Assembly (NCBI RefSeq): GCF_013365435.1
Contig: NZ_CP046577.1
Coordinates: 600,001 to 632,000 of the forward strand
Source of the DNA: Wolbachia endosymbiont of Litomosoides sigmodontis
GTDB lineage: Bacteria > Pseudomonadota > Alphaproteobacteria > Rickettsiales > Anaplasmataceae
Length of the DNA: 32,000 nt
Reading direction: 5' to 3'
Positions 19,866 through 29,104 of the stretch are shown here, one piece after another. How positions within the stretch are numbered: position 1 is the stretch's first letter; each line of letters begins with the position of its first letter. The notes under the pieces were generated by a model. It saw nothing but the letters and a program-made list of their open reading frames with translations. It had not been told where the DNA came from and made no database searches. Both the position numbers and the translations under genes were made by a program.

Positions 19866-19939
19866 TACTATAAGTACATTTCAGCTTAAATTCTAGTAAA
19901 GCTACTGCCAAATTAAGCAGTCTTTACAAGCTATAGAAG

Positions 19940-20011
19940 AGGCCGGGACCGGAATTGAACCGGTATAAAAGGATTTGCAGTCCTTCGCATAAACCACTCT
20001 GCCACCCAGCC
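19940..20011 (-). tRNA. tRNA-Cys (anticodon GCA)
   Basis: Minus-strand sequence: GGCTGGGTGGCAGAGTGGTTTATGCGAAGGACTGCAAATCCTTTTATACCGGTTCAATTCCGGTCCCGGCC+T. It has a 7-bp acceptor stem (GGCTGGG/CCCGGCC), the anticodon loop CT-GCA-AA, the T-loop GGTTCAATTCC, and discriminator U73 as expected for tRNA-Cys. No CCA is encoded. Confidence 0.9.
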
Positions 20012-20015
20012 GTTT

Positions 20016-20918
20016 TTATGTGTAGATACCCATTATATCTTTTAGCATAGATAAAGCCTCTTCTCTTTTTCGTTGAAAAGTGTTACGCCCAATAATTGAA
20101 CCATTACCGCCACCTCTTTTTATTTCTTTTGCCTCATTACATATATCATTCACTGACTTCGATTCACCACCAGAAAAAACTACTATTCTTTTTCCTGCAA
20201 AGCAAGACTTTCTAACATATTCAATTCTTTTAGATAATGACTTAATACTTTCAGCTTCTATTTTTTCTTTTTCCAAGCGTTCAGTTGGAAGTTTTACTTT
20301 TATTATATTAGCACCAAGCAAAGCTGCTATGTGTGCAGCATAAGCAATAATATCAACTGCCGTTTCACTCTCTTTGGAAATGCCTTCACCACGTGGGTAA
20401 GACCATAGTACAACTGCAAGCCCACAAGATTTAGCTTCAGCAATAATTTCACGAGCTTCTTCTATCATATCAAAGCACTTAGCAGAACCAGGATATATAG
20501 TAAACCCAATAGCTGTACAGCCCAAACGCAGTGCATCTTTTACAGAAGCAGTGACTGCTTGATCAGAAGTCAAACTTTTCAAATGCAAAGAGTTAGAACT
20601 ATTAAGTTTCAAAATGTATGGGAGCATTCCAGCATAAGTTGAAGCACCAGCTTCAATCATACCAAGCGGAGCAGCGTACGCACTTACTCCTGAGTCAACT
20701 GCAAGCTGAAAATGATAATGCGGATCATAAGCATGTGGATTAACTTCAAAACTCTTTATTGGCCCATGCTCAAACCCTTGATCTACAGGGAGAATTACTA
20801 ATTTGCCAGTACCACCAAGTTTTCCATGCATAAGAATACGAGCAAGGCTCGCTCTCACTCCAGGATTTTCACTCTCATAGTAGCTTAGGATTTGTCTTAT
20901 TTCATTGCTTATTATCAC
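20016..20918 (-). CDS. fbaB: Class I fructose-bisphosphate aldolase (DhnA/FbaB archaeal-type family)
   Basis: 300-aa ORF. GTGKLVILPVDQGFEHGP, the Schiff-base region ANIIKVKLP and the C-terminal GGNGSIIGRNTFQR are typical of the DhnA-type class I aldolase family. Confidence 0.78.
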   Translation of the reverse strand: MIISNEIRQILSYYESENPGVRASLARILMHGKLGGTGKLVILPVDQGFEHGPIKSFEVNPHAYDPHYHFQLAVDSGVSAYAAPLGMIEAGASTYAGMLPYILKLNSSNSLHLKSLTSDQAVTASVKDALRLGCTAIGFTIYPGSAKCFDMIEEAREIIAEAKSCGLAVVLWSYPRGEGISKESETAVDIIAYAAHIAALLGANIIKVKLPTERLEKEKIEAESIKSLSKRIEYVRKSCFAGKRIVVFSGGESKSVNDICNEAKEIKRGGGNGSIIGRNTFQRKREEALSMLKDIMGIYT

Positions 20919-20979
20919 TATAATTTAAATTAAATTTAAGTTATAAATTATAGCAAAGATGAAACTTAACACAATAATT

Positions 20980-23286
20980 TTAAGTTATATCAAAAGAAAT
21001 TTTATCTCTCTGCTTATTCATATAAATTCTCAAATTTTTCCCTTTAATTAGCCGACGGCTCAGTATTTCTTCAGCTAAGTAACCCTTTATTTCCTTTTCA
21101 ATCAATTTCTCTATTGGACGTGCCCCCATTTCCTTGCTGTAACCCACTTGCGCAAGATAGAACTTTACTTCCTTCTCTATTAAGCAACTTATGCCTTTTT
21201 GTACAAGTTGTTTTTTCAATTCTTGAACAAATTTATCCACAACATGCAAAATCACATCCATATTTAAGCTAGAAAAAGAAATAACCGCATCAAGACGATT
21301 ACGGAATTCAGGATTAAAAACTTGTTGTATTGCTCTTTCGCTATCACTAATAGCGAAATTTTTATGTACAAAGCCAATAGAGTTCTTACTGCGTTCAAAT
21401 GTCCCTACATTGGTTGTCATAATTAAAACTATATTAGAAAAGTTAATTTTACGTCCATAAGTATCTGTAATACAACCATAGTCCATAACTTGCAGCAATA
21501 TATTGTAAATATCACCGTGAGCTTTTTCAATTTCATCAAAAAGAACAACACTATATTGATTATTAGACACAGATTCTGTAAGTAATCCACCCTGGTCGTA
21601 ACCCACATACCCAGGAGGAGAACCAATCATTCTAGATATAGAATGAGATTCCATATATTCAGACATATCAAAACGTATGAAATTCATGTCCATACCCTTT
21701 GCTAACTGTTTTGCAAGTTCAGTTTTGCCAACACCTGTTGGTCCTGCAAAAAGATAATTTGCTAAAGGTTTATTATAATTTCTTAACCCAGATTTAGCTA
21801 TTTTAATAGAATTGACAAGGGATTCTATTGCTTGCTCCTGGCCAAAAATAACTTTCTCAAGATTTTTTCTTAAATTCTTCACCTTTTGAATATCTTCAAA
21901 CTCAGATCTACAAGATATATTTGTAATTTTAGCTATAGTGTTTTTAATATCTCTACTGTTCACAATTTTACGTCTATTTTTCAGTAACTTACAATATGCT
22001 CCTGCTTCATCTATAACATCAACTGCTTTATCAGGTAATATTTGCCCAGTAATATACTTATGTGAAAGTTCAGCTGCAGACTTAATAGCATGTTTCGTAT
22101 AATACACCCCATGATATCCTTCATAGTAGCACTTTATGCCATTTAATATCTTTATTGTTTCATTAACAGAAGACTCTTTCACATTAATCTTTTGAAATCT
22201 CCTTGCCAAGGCCTTATCTTTTTCAAAACTACTGCTGTACTCTCTATACGTGGTTGCACCTATACAACGCAATGTACCTCTTGCAAGTGCAGGCTTCAGC
22301 AGATTACCAGCATCAAGAAAGCTACCGCTTGTTGAACCAGCTCCAATAATAGTGTGTATCTCATCAATAAAAAGAATAGCACCAGGCTTTGCCTCAATTG
22401 CCTTTATTATAGACTTTATTCTCTCTTCAAAATCACCTCTATAACGTGTTCCTGCAAGAAGTGATCCTAAGTCCAAAGCATAAATTATGCTTGACTTAAG
22501 CGCATTTGGAACACTGCCTTCGACAATTTTCAATACTAAACCTTCAACTATTGTTGTTTTACCAACACCTGGGTCACCAACATACAAAGGGTTATTTTTT
22601 CTGCGCCTTAGTAATATTTCCATAGTGCGGTTTAATTCATAAACACGACCAACAACATAATCTATTCTTTTACTCCTTGCATAATCATTTAAATTTTTGC
22701 AATAACTTTGCAGAATTTCTTCATCTTTAAATAACCCACCTTTATTTACTGCAGTAGAAACTGCATTATTTTTATTGAGTTTTACCATACAATTAGTAGT
22801 GTGTTCACCTATATCACCTGAGTATTTTATATTAGATATATGATAAACTAAATTAGAATCTTTCACATTTTGTTTCTGCAATAAACCTTCAATGTAGAAA
22901 TTTTGCTCAGATAAAATTTCCGCTAGGACATTTGCTCCATTTATCTCCTTTTTTCCTAAGCTATGAGCATGTATTATAGCTTTATGTATTAGGCACCGAA
23001 ATAGTGAATTAGGCTCAACTCCATTGATAATCAATTTAGAATTGACTTGTAAAAAACCTTTTATATCATCACTATAATCGTTAACCTTAACATTACACCT
23101 TGATAAAAGGCTATCCACATTGATGACTTCATCTGTCTTAATATTACACCTTGATAAAACGTAATTCACATCCACATCTTTAATTAACGCAAGCAACAAA
23201 TGCTCTAATCTTGCATATTTAAGATTTAAATTAGAGGCAATCAATAATGCTCTATTTAAACTTGCCTCCAAATTCTTAGAAATCAT
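20980..23286 (-). CDS. clpA: ATP-dependent Clp protease ATP-binding subunit ClpA
   Basis: 768-aa ORF with two AAA+ modules: Walker A GDPGVGKT and GPTGVGKT, and Walker B ILFIDEIH and VVLFDEIEKAH. It has a Clp N-domain and no ClpB-type long middle coiled coil. Confidence 0.92.
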   Translation of the reverse strand: MISKNLEASLNRALLIASNLNLKYARLEHLLLALIKDVDVNYVLSRCNIKTDEVINVDSLLSRCNVKVNDYSDDIKGFLQVNSKLIINGVEPNSLFRCLIHKAIIHAHSLGKKEINGANVLAEILSEQNFYIEGLLQKQNVKDSNLVYHISNIKYSGDIGEHTTNCMVKLNKNNAVSTAVNKGGLFKDEEILQSYCKNLNDYARSKRIDYVVGRVYELNRTMEILLRRRKNNPLYVGDPGVGKTTIVEGLVLKIVEGSVPNALKSSIIYALDLGSLLAGTRYRGDFEERIKSIIKAIEAKPGAILFIDEIHTIIGAGSTSGSFLDAGNLLKPALARGTLRCIGATTYREYSSSFEKDKALARRFQKINVKESSVNETIKILNGIKCYYEGYHGVYYTKHAIKSAAELSHKYITGQILPDKAVDVIDEAGAYCKLLKNRRKIVNSRDIKNTIAKITNISCRSEFEDIQKVKNLRKNLEKVIFGQEQAIESLVNSIKIAKSGLRNYNKPLANYLFAGPTGVGKTELAKQLAKGMDMNFIRFDMSEYMESHSISRMIGSPPGYVGYDQGGLLTESVSNNQYSVVLFDEIEKAHGDIYNILLQVMDYGCITDTYGRKINFSNIVLIMTTNVGTFERSKNSIGFVHKNFAISDSERAIQQVFNPEFRNRLDAVISFSSLNMDVILHVVDKFVQELKKQLVQKGISCLIEKEVKFYLAQVGYSKEMGARPIEKLIEKEIKGYLAEEILSRRLIKGKNLRIYMNKQRDKISFDIT

Positions 23287-23638
23287 CTTCTTCCCTCTTT
23301 ACAAATGGAAATTTATATACAATTAGTAGTACACAATTATTAAAAAAAATTAAAACCTAGCAGTTTATTATAGATAACATCTTAATATATAGCTCACTGT
23401 AAAGAAATTGGTATGTAAATACAGCATTTTTACTAAATTTAGATTAAACCTCTTGCAAATCATGTAGATTAAACAACAAGCGTATTAACATAGCTGGCTT
23501 CTTACGTTCAAATTTTTTGCACAAAGCGTTTAAGATAGCATAGACGCTAACTTCCAGGATTAGAGAACACTATCTAACACGTAATATCTTTTGCCTTTTT
23601 TGTGCAGTAAATTTCTTAAACACTACTTATTCCTAAAG

Positions 23639-24378
23639 GGTATATCAATACTCATTGTTAATGAGTAAAATAAGTGACATTATAGAGTTATTTAATTGCA
23701 GAGTAAAAAAAAGTAATAAATTTGCATAAAACTCTTTTAAGCAAGGCAATCGTATTATAGATTTTATTACGTAAAATGCTCTATTTTACATACAATCAAA
23801 GCCTCTCAATAGATATATAATCTCGATATTTTCAGACATCTTCAAATTTTTTAACTTATGTAAATTAGCACAATCCATGACAAGAAAGGCTTCTTGTGTG
23901 CTTAAATTCAGCATTGACGCTCTCGGTATAAATAAGCTAGAATTTTCTCCATTTCTAGGATTAATTAGACTGTAGAAATAAAAATTTTGTCTACTTTATT
24001 TTTATCTTGTTCATTGTGAATTAGTCTTGATATAATATACGAAAACTTCATTTTCTGCATATTACGGTGTACTAGGGTTTTCTTGCATCCATACCTCAAT
24101 TTACTCAAATTAACTCTGATTCAAATCTAGTTTTTCTACAACGTTGATAATGCAGCTTTGCCACTGCTGTTACACTGCACTTTTTTGCTACAATTATACA
24201 CAGCATTTAGTTCTTTACAATATATATGTTATTTCGCGCTTCTTTCAGTATTTCTTTCGCTAATTTCACAGCTTTTTTACCAAACAATCTTAATTTCAAG
24301 GCCCTAAAAAAATATTGAGATCATATACCTATCACCTACTTACCTAAACTCAATCTTATTGAGAGACTCTAGTTGTAT
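23639..24378 (-). mobile_element. Decayed IS630-family copy (right terminus to degenerate left end, internal deletions)
   Basis: It begins GGTATATCAATACTCATTGTTAATGAG. Minus-strand hand translation of 23866-23905 gives AFLVMDCANLHK (the MDNAxxHK second-Asp motif). It ends with a diverged left end ...gagagactctagttgtat. Confidence 0.72.
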
Positions 24379-24460
24379 ATAAAATAGAATATTTTGCGTA
24401 ATAAAGCTTACAATTTTTGTAAATTTATTACTTCTTTTGCAATCATATTGATTGACCGAA
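24377..24460 (+). repeat. Short inverted IS630-family fragment (right-proximal region)
   Basis: tatataaaatagaatattttgcgtaataaagcttacaatttttgtaaatttattacttcttttgcaat is the opposite-orientation homolog of 13500-13560 and 23700-23790. It abuts the left end of the previous copy. Confidence 0.6.
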
Positions 24461-24539
24461 AAGCAATAACATTCTTTAATGCCCCGGGATCTTAACGATA
24501 GAGCACTGTAAAATAGGAAATAGCGCAAAAAGTCTAGTC

Positions 24540-26807
24540 TTAATAAAAACTTGATGACGAATCATCATTACCGAATTTTAGCCTATTATGCCTATTACTG
24601 AAGCTAGAACGAGGACGAACAGGCCTTTTACGATGTCCAGATTTTCTGTTAAACAGACTATTATAATAATCCCTGTCGTTTAAACCATCTTTCTTTTCTT
24701 CATTGTAAAGTTCTCCTTCAAAAAACTCGCCTGTTTCTTGATTAACGCGGCGTCTTGACAATTTCGGGCATCCACCTTTTTCAAAATCAATCACCAATGC
24801 TTTAAAAGCATCACCCTGTTTAAGTATACTCTCAATAGACTCTATATGCTGATTAGCCACTTCACTTATGTGCATTTTTCCTTTTCTTCCATTAGGAAGC
24901 TCAAGTTCTACAATAGACTTATCTATTTTTACAACCTTAACATCAATTATAGCACCTTGCTCTAATTCTGTAATTGAGTTAATCATCATATTTTTTGCAA
25001 TTTCAGCATCAATACTACTCATGGCAAATACAGAAACTTTACCATCGTCTCCTATTTCAATTTTAGCATTACTTCTTTCACATACACTGCGTATATTTTT
25101 TCCCTTAGCACCTATAGCTGCAGAAATTTTATCTTTGTCTATATAAAATGACACCATCCTTGGCGCATGACCTTTCACGTCATCACTATGTTCTGAAATT
25201 ACTGAATTCATTTTTTCTAAGATATGTAATCTCCCAGCTTTTGCTTGTTCTAAAGATTCTTTAACGATTTCAAAATTTATACCGGAAATTTTCATATCCA
25301 TTTGTAGCGCCGTAATTCCTTCACTGGTTCCTGCTACTTTAAAATCCATATCACCAAGATAATCTTCATTACCTAATATATCAGAGAGTATTACATATTC
25401 TTTTTTATCTTTGATGAGGCCCATAGCAATTCCAGCGACAGGAGCCTTTATTGGTACACCTGTATCCATTAACGCAAGGGAAGTTCCACAAACTGTTGCC
25501 ATAGAAGAAGAACCGTCTGATTCCATGATTTCAGATACTACTCTTATTGTATAAGGAAATTTAGATTTATCAGGCAAAACAGGATGAATTGCTTTCCAAG
25601 CAAGTTTACCATGACCAATTTCTCTTCTTCCTGGTGCACGTATAGCAGAAACTTCTCCAACGGCAAATGAAGGAAAATTATAATGCAACATAAAATGCTC
25701 ACGTCTATCCCCTTCAATGTCATCTACAATTTGCTCATCTTGCGTAGTACCAAGAGCAGTAACAACCAATGCCTGAGTATCACCTCTTGTAAAGAGTGCA
25801 GAACCATGAGTTCTAGATAGAATATCCACTTCAATTTCTATTTGACGTATTTCATCATATTTGCGACCATCTATTCTTATGCCTTTCTCTTTAATTATTT
25901 TACGCAACAAAGACTTTTCAAAGTTTTTTATTGCTTGTATAATTAATTTCTCATCTTTCCCAGCTTCCTTAAGAGAATTCAATATGTTATTTCTAATCGT
26001 TTCTAAAGTTTGATCTCGCTCTTGTTTTACTGTTTGTGAATATGCTTTTTCAAAATCTTTACTATGCCTTTCAAGATCTTGCATTATATCTGATACATCG
26101 ATAGGAGCAAAACTCTCTGGCTTATTGCCAATTGCGTCAACAAACTCTTTTATGAGCTTAATAACAGGCTGAAGGTGTTCATGGCCAAATTTCATCGCAC
26201 TCAGAACATTTTCTTCAGAAAGCTCTTTTGCTTCTGACTCAATCATTAAAATTGAATGCTCATCACCAGATAAAAACAGATCTAAATTGCTGATTTTCAT
26301 CTCTTGAACAGAAGGATTGAGTATATAATTATCATTTTCATCGCAGCCAACTAAAACTCCAGCTATAATAACATGAAAAGGAACACCAGAGGTTGCAAGA
26401 GCCGCAACAGCACCAATTAATGCCGGTACCTCAGGAGGATTGACCATATCATAAGTTAATAAATTACATACTACACTGATTTCATCATGAAAACCTTCTG
26501 GAAACAGCGGTCTTATACTTCTATCTATTACTCTTGAAATTAAGGTTTCTCTATCAGATGGCTTACCTTCCCTTTTGAAAAAGCCACCAGGGATCCTACC
26601 CATAGCATAGCTTTTCGCGATAAACTGCACATTTAAAGGTAAAAAATCAACAATTTCTTCCTTCTTTTTACGTACAACAGTTACTAAAATAGAAGTGTCA
26701 CCATAATTTACAACAACTGAACTATCAGCTTGACGTGCTATTTTTCCTGTTTCTAAAGATAAAGTACGTCCACCCCATTCTATAGATTTTTTTATAATTT
26801 TAAACAT
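24540..26807 (-). CDS. pnp: Polyribonucleotide nucleotidyltransferase (PNPase)
   Basis: 755-aa ORF with two RNase PH domains (GRTLSLETGKIARQADSSV..., RIDGRKYDEIRQI...GSALFTRGDTQALV), a KH domain (ISAAIGAKGKNIRS) and an S1 domain (GAIIDVKVVKIDKSIVELELPNGRKGKMHISEV). It ends in a basic, Ser-rich tail. Confidence 0.95.
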   Translation of the reverse strand: MFKIIKKSIEWGGRTLSLETGKIARQADSSVVVNYGDTSILVTVVRKKKEEIVDFLPLNVQFIAKSYAMGRIPGGFFKREGKPSDRETLISRVIDRSIRPLFPEGFHDEISVVCNLLTYDMVNPPEVPALIGAVAALATSGVPFHVIIAGVLVGCDENDNYILNPSVQEMKISNLDLFLSGDEHSILMIESEAKELSEENVLSAMKFGHEHLQPVIKLIKEFVDAIGNKPESFAPIDVSDIMQDLERHSKDFEKAYSQTVKQERDQTLETIRNNILNSLKEAGKDEKLIIQAIKNFEKSLLRKIIKEKGIRIDGRKYDEIRQIEIEVDILSRTHGSALFTRGDTQALVVTALGTTQDEQIVDDIEGDRREHFMLHYNFPSFAVGEVSAIRAPGRREIGHGKLAWKAIHPVLPDKSKFPYTIRVVSEIMESDGSSSMATVCGTSLALMDTGVPIKAPVAGIAMGLIKDKKEYVILSDILGNEDYLGDMDFKVAGTSEGITALQMDMKISGINFEIVKESLEQAKAGRLHILEKMNSVISEHSDDVKGHAPRMVSFYIDKDKISAAIGAKGKNIRSVCERSNAKIEIGDDGKVSVFAMSSIDAEIAKNMMINSITELEQGAIIDVKVVKIDKSIVELELPNGRKGKMHISEVANQHIESIESILKQGDAFKALVIDFEKGGCPKLSRRRVNQETGEFFEGELYNEEKKDGLNDRDYYNSLFNRKSGHRKRPVRPRSSFSNRHNRLKFGNDDSSSSFY

Positions 26808-26821
26808 ATAAAATTCCTCGA

Positions 26822-27094
26822 TTATTTTCTGATGCCTAACTTCTCTACTAATTGTTGGTAAGCTTCATTACCAAATTTACGTTTTATATAATTTAAGTGT
26901 TTGCGTCTTCTACCTATTAATATAAGTAAACCACGCTTAGAGTGACAGTCATGCTTATGCACTTTAAAGTGCTCAGTTAAGTTACTGATCCTTTCAGTTA
27001 AAATTGCGCACTGTACAAAAGATGAACCTGTATCACCTTCTTTAATTGCGTAAGTACTTATTAATTTTTTTTTCTTTTCAGACGTTATTGACAT
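26822..27094 (-). CDS. rpsO: 30S ribosomal protein S15
   Basis: 90-aa [56 protein letters not shown] is the S15 signature. The rpsO-pnp order is conserved. Confidence 0.95.
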
Positions 27095-27225
27095 CTAGAC
27101 CTCATTTTAAAATATGAAAACCCGAATAGGCTTTACACAACCATAAATAAAACTATAGATTGCAATGGGTATGCTACCCACTATCGTATAACAAGTATCA
27201 TAACTCTTTAAATTACGCAAGTTAT

Positions 27226-27959
27226 TTAATATGATTTCCTAACCCATTTTCTAATTTTCTTTGCCTCTTCTACAGAAATTTCAATTTTAAACATTGCTTT
27301 TAAAGCCAATTCAATGGAAATGACAAAACCTTTTGCATTATTCTCTATTACTCCTTCACCTTCTGTCATCTCAATAGACGCAGAAAAGCGAACTTTTTCA
27401 ACAAGTTACTTAATTGTTACTGATTTCATTTCTCTAAAATGACCTACCATAATTCTCTTAAGTTTCCTAATGTGTCCAAAACAATTTAATGCAATTCCAA
27501 GATCACAAGCAATTGATCTTACATATACACCACTACTACACGTCATAAAAAAATCAGCACTATTATTTATAGTGTCAGTAGAAATCAATTTTAGTTCATA
27601 TATTTGCACTAAACGTGTTTTTTTATATTCACTTTTTGTCCACTTCTTGCTAGTCTATATGCCCTTGTTCCGTTGACCTTTATTGCTAAAATTGAGGAGA
27701 ACTCTGTATTACCTCACCAACAAAATTCTTGATTGCACTATTTATTTGATTGAATTTTAGTTTTATGTTACTAACCTTAATGATACGGTATAGTTTTCGT
27801 CGCTTCACAAAGAGCAATTAGTAATATACCAGAAGCTAAAGGATCAAGTGTTCCCAAATGACCAGCTTTTTTAACTTCAAAAGTCTTTTTAACCTGGGCT
27901 ATAGCTTGCGCAGAACTAACTCTTATCGATTTATCAAGATTCAGCCAACCATGTATCAT
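27226..27959 (-). pseudogene. truB: tRNA pseudouridine(55) synthase TruB, disrupted
   Basis: Three pieces are recognisable:
- N-terminal piece (27777-27959): [17 protein letters not shown]...[25 protein letters not shown], ending at an in-frame TAA.
- Next segment, readable only by shifting frame (hand translation): [35 protein letters not shown].
- Third piece (27406-27609): CSSGVYVRSIACDLG...

The third piece ends at another TAA. The frame then continues (LVEKVRFSASIEMTEGEG...KIRKWVRKSY). The total span of about 244 codons is shorter than a normal TruB. Confidence 0.8.
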
Positions 27960-28038
27960 ACATCAACATATATTCAATTCATAATAATTTAGAAAGTACT
28001 AGAGATATAATTATATTAAATTATTATAAAATAAAGCT

Positions 28039-28066
28039 TGACCAGTATGTGTTTTAACATATAATT
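28039..28066 (+). promoter_or_regulatory. Candidate sigma70-type promoter for the 28103 ORF
   Basis: TTGACC (28039-28044), a 16-nt spacer, then TATAAT (28061-28066), about 37 nt upstream of the ATG. A consensus AGGAGG lies at 28089-28094, 8 nt before the ATG. TATAAT alone is weak evidence in AT-rich DNA, but the -35 element and spacing add weight. Confidence 0.4.
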
Positions 28067-28102
28067 AAATTTTTATCAACTTTAATATAGGAGGAAGTTA
28101 CT

Positions 28103-28753
28103 ATGACTGCAGGACTAAACATATGGAAAAAGGAAAACATAGCACCTATAATAAAAATGAGTATTGAAGGTACAGTTGCACTTACATCTTTAGCGGCAAC
28201 AATAACAACAATATTAGTTGCTACTAGTGTAGTTGTTGGACCTGCATTTTTAGTGTCTGTTGCTAGCCCTGTTGGAATTGCAGTTCTATTCATTGTAGCT
28301 ATATATTTTGCTGCAAAAGCTTATTCTTCATATCAGCAAATGTATAGAAATGAAGAAGCCGAAAAAGCAGTTAAACAAGCTGTAGCTAATGCAAAAATAG
28401 CAGATCAAGTTACTCAAGCTATAAATAATGCTGTAGCTAGTGCTAATATAGCAAATCAAGTCACTCAGGCCGTAAATAAAATTAATATAGCAAGTCAAGC
28501 TGAAATAGCAGCTCAAAAAGTAGTTGAAGAAAAAACTAGAGATTTAGCTACTAAAACTGAGCTAGGTAAAAAGGCTGATGCAGCTGTACTAGCTACAAAA
28601 GTTGATAAGAATTACGTTGACGCTGAATTGAATACAAAAATTAATTCATGTGACCTTCAAAAAAAAGTTAAAGAAGTGTTACCCACCCTCTTACAAGACC
28701 CTGAAGTTATTGAAATATTTGAAAGTAAGCTTCAAGCAAAAACAGGCGCATAA
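28103..28753 (+). CDS. Hypothetical membrane protein: double transmembrane hairpin plus repeat-containing coiled-coil domain
   Basis: 216-aa ORF with a strong SD. Two hydrophobic helices (about residues 24-45 and 48-71) are separated by Gly-Pro. They are followed by about 140 aa of sequence rich in A, K, Q and E, containing 17-aa tandem units. I recognise no family. The antisense ORFs in the track are low-complexity mirror frames. Confidence 0.75.
   Translation: MTAGLNIWKKENIAPIIKMSIEGTVALTSLAATITTILVATSVVVGPAFLVSVASPVGIAVLFIVAIYFAAKAYSSYQQMYRNEEAEKAVKQAVANAKIADQVTQAINNAVASANIANQVTQAVNKINIASQAEIAAQKVVEEKTRDLATKTELGKKADAAVLATKVDKNYVDAELNTKINSCDLQKKVKEVLPTLLQDPEVIEIFESKLQAKTGA
28379..28519 (+). 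repeat. In-frame 51-nt tandem repeat (2 full units plus 1 partial) inside the 28103 ORF
   Basis: The unit at 28379-28429 is gctgtagctaatgcaaaaatagcagatcaagttactcaagctataaataat. The unit at 28430-28480 is gctgtagctagtgctaatatagcaaatcaagtcactcaggccgtaaataaa. A partial unit follows at 28481-28519. They encode AVANAKIADQVTQAINN / AVASANIANQVTQAVNK / INIASQAEIAAQK. Confidence 0.85.
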
Positions 28754-29104
28754 GTTAAATGGAATCAGGAGGTGGAGTAGGGTACTCTTCTCCATCTCTT
28801 TTTTTTTCCACCTCAACATGCAAAGTTCACAGTAGCTTATTCCAAATTTCAACTATATCTTTATCTAATGTTCACGCTTAAAGCATTAGATACTTTTTTT
28901 ACAACATAAGCTAATTTTATGTTTAAATAAAGTTTTTGACCAGATCGCAGAAAGTCTAGACTTCAGCTTCACATTGCTGGGTGCAGTTTATTATACCGCA
29001 ATCCATTCGTGGTATTTCTCAATATCACTAACAAAAAGAATCATCTATAGTTATTACCTATTTTCTGTATTGATATTTTCCAAATCTTAAATCCCGCAAT
29101 TGTA

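Noticed and set aside
28769-28814. Possible terminator after the 28103 ORF: hairpin GAGTA-GGG-TACTC (28775-28787), outer pairing GAGGTGGA/TCCACCTC (28769-28776 / 28807-28814), and a 9-T run at 28799-28807.
   Set aside because: The geometry is non-canonical. The T-run starts about 10 nt after the small hairpin and lies inside the loop of the larger one. The support is too weak to call as a feature.
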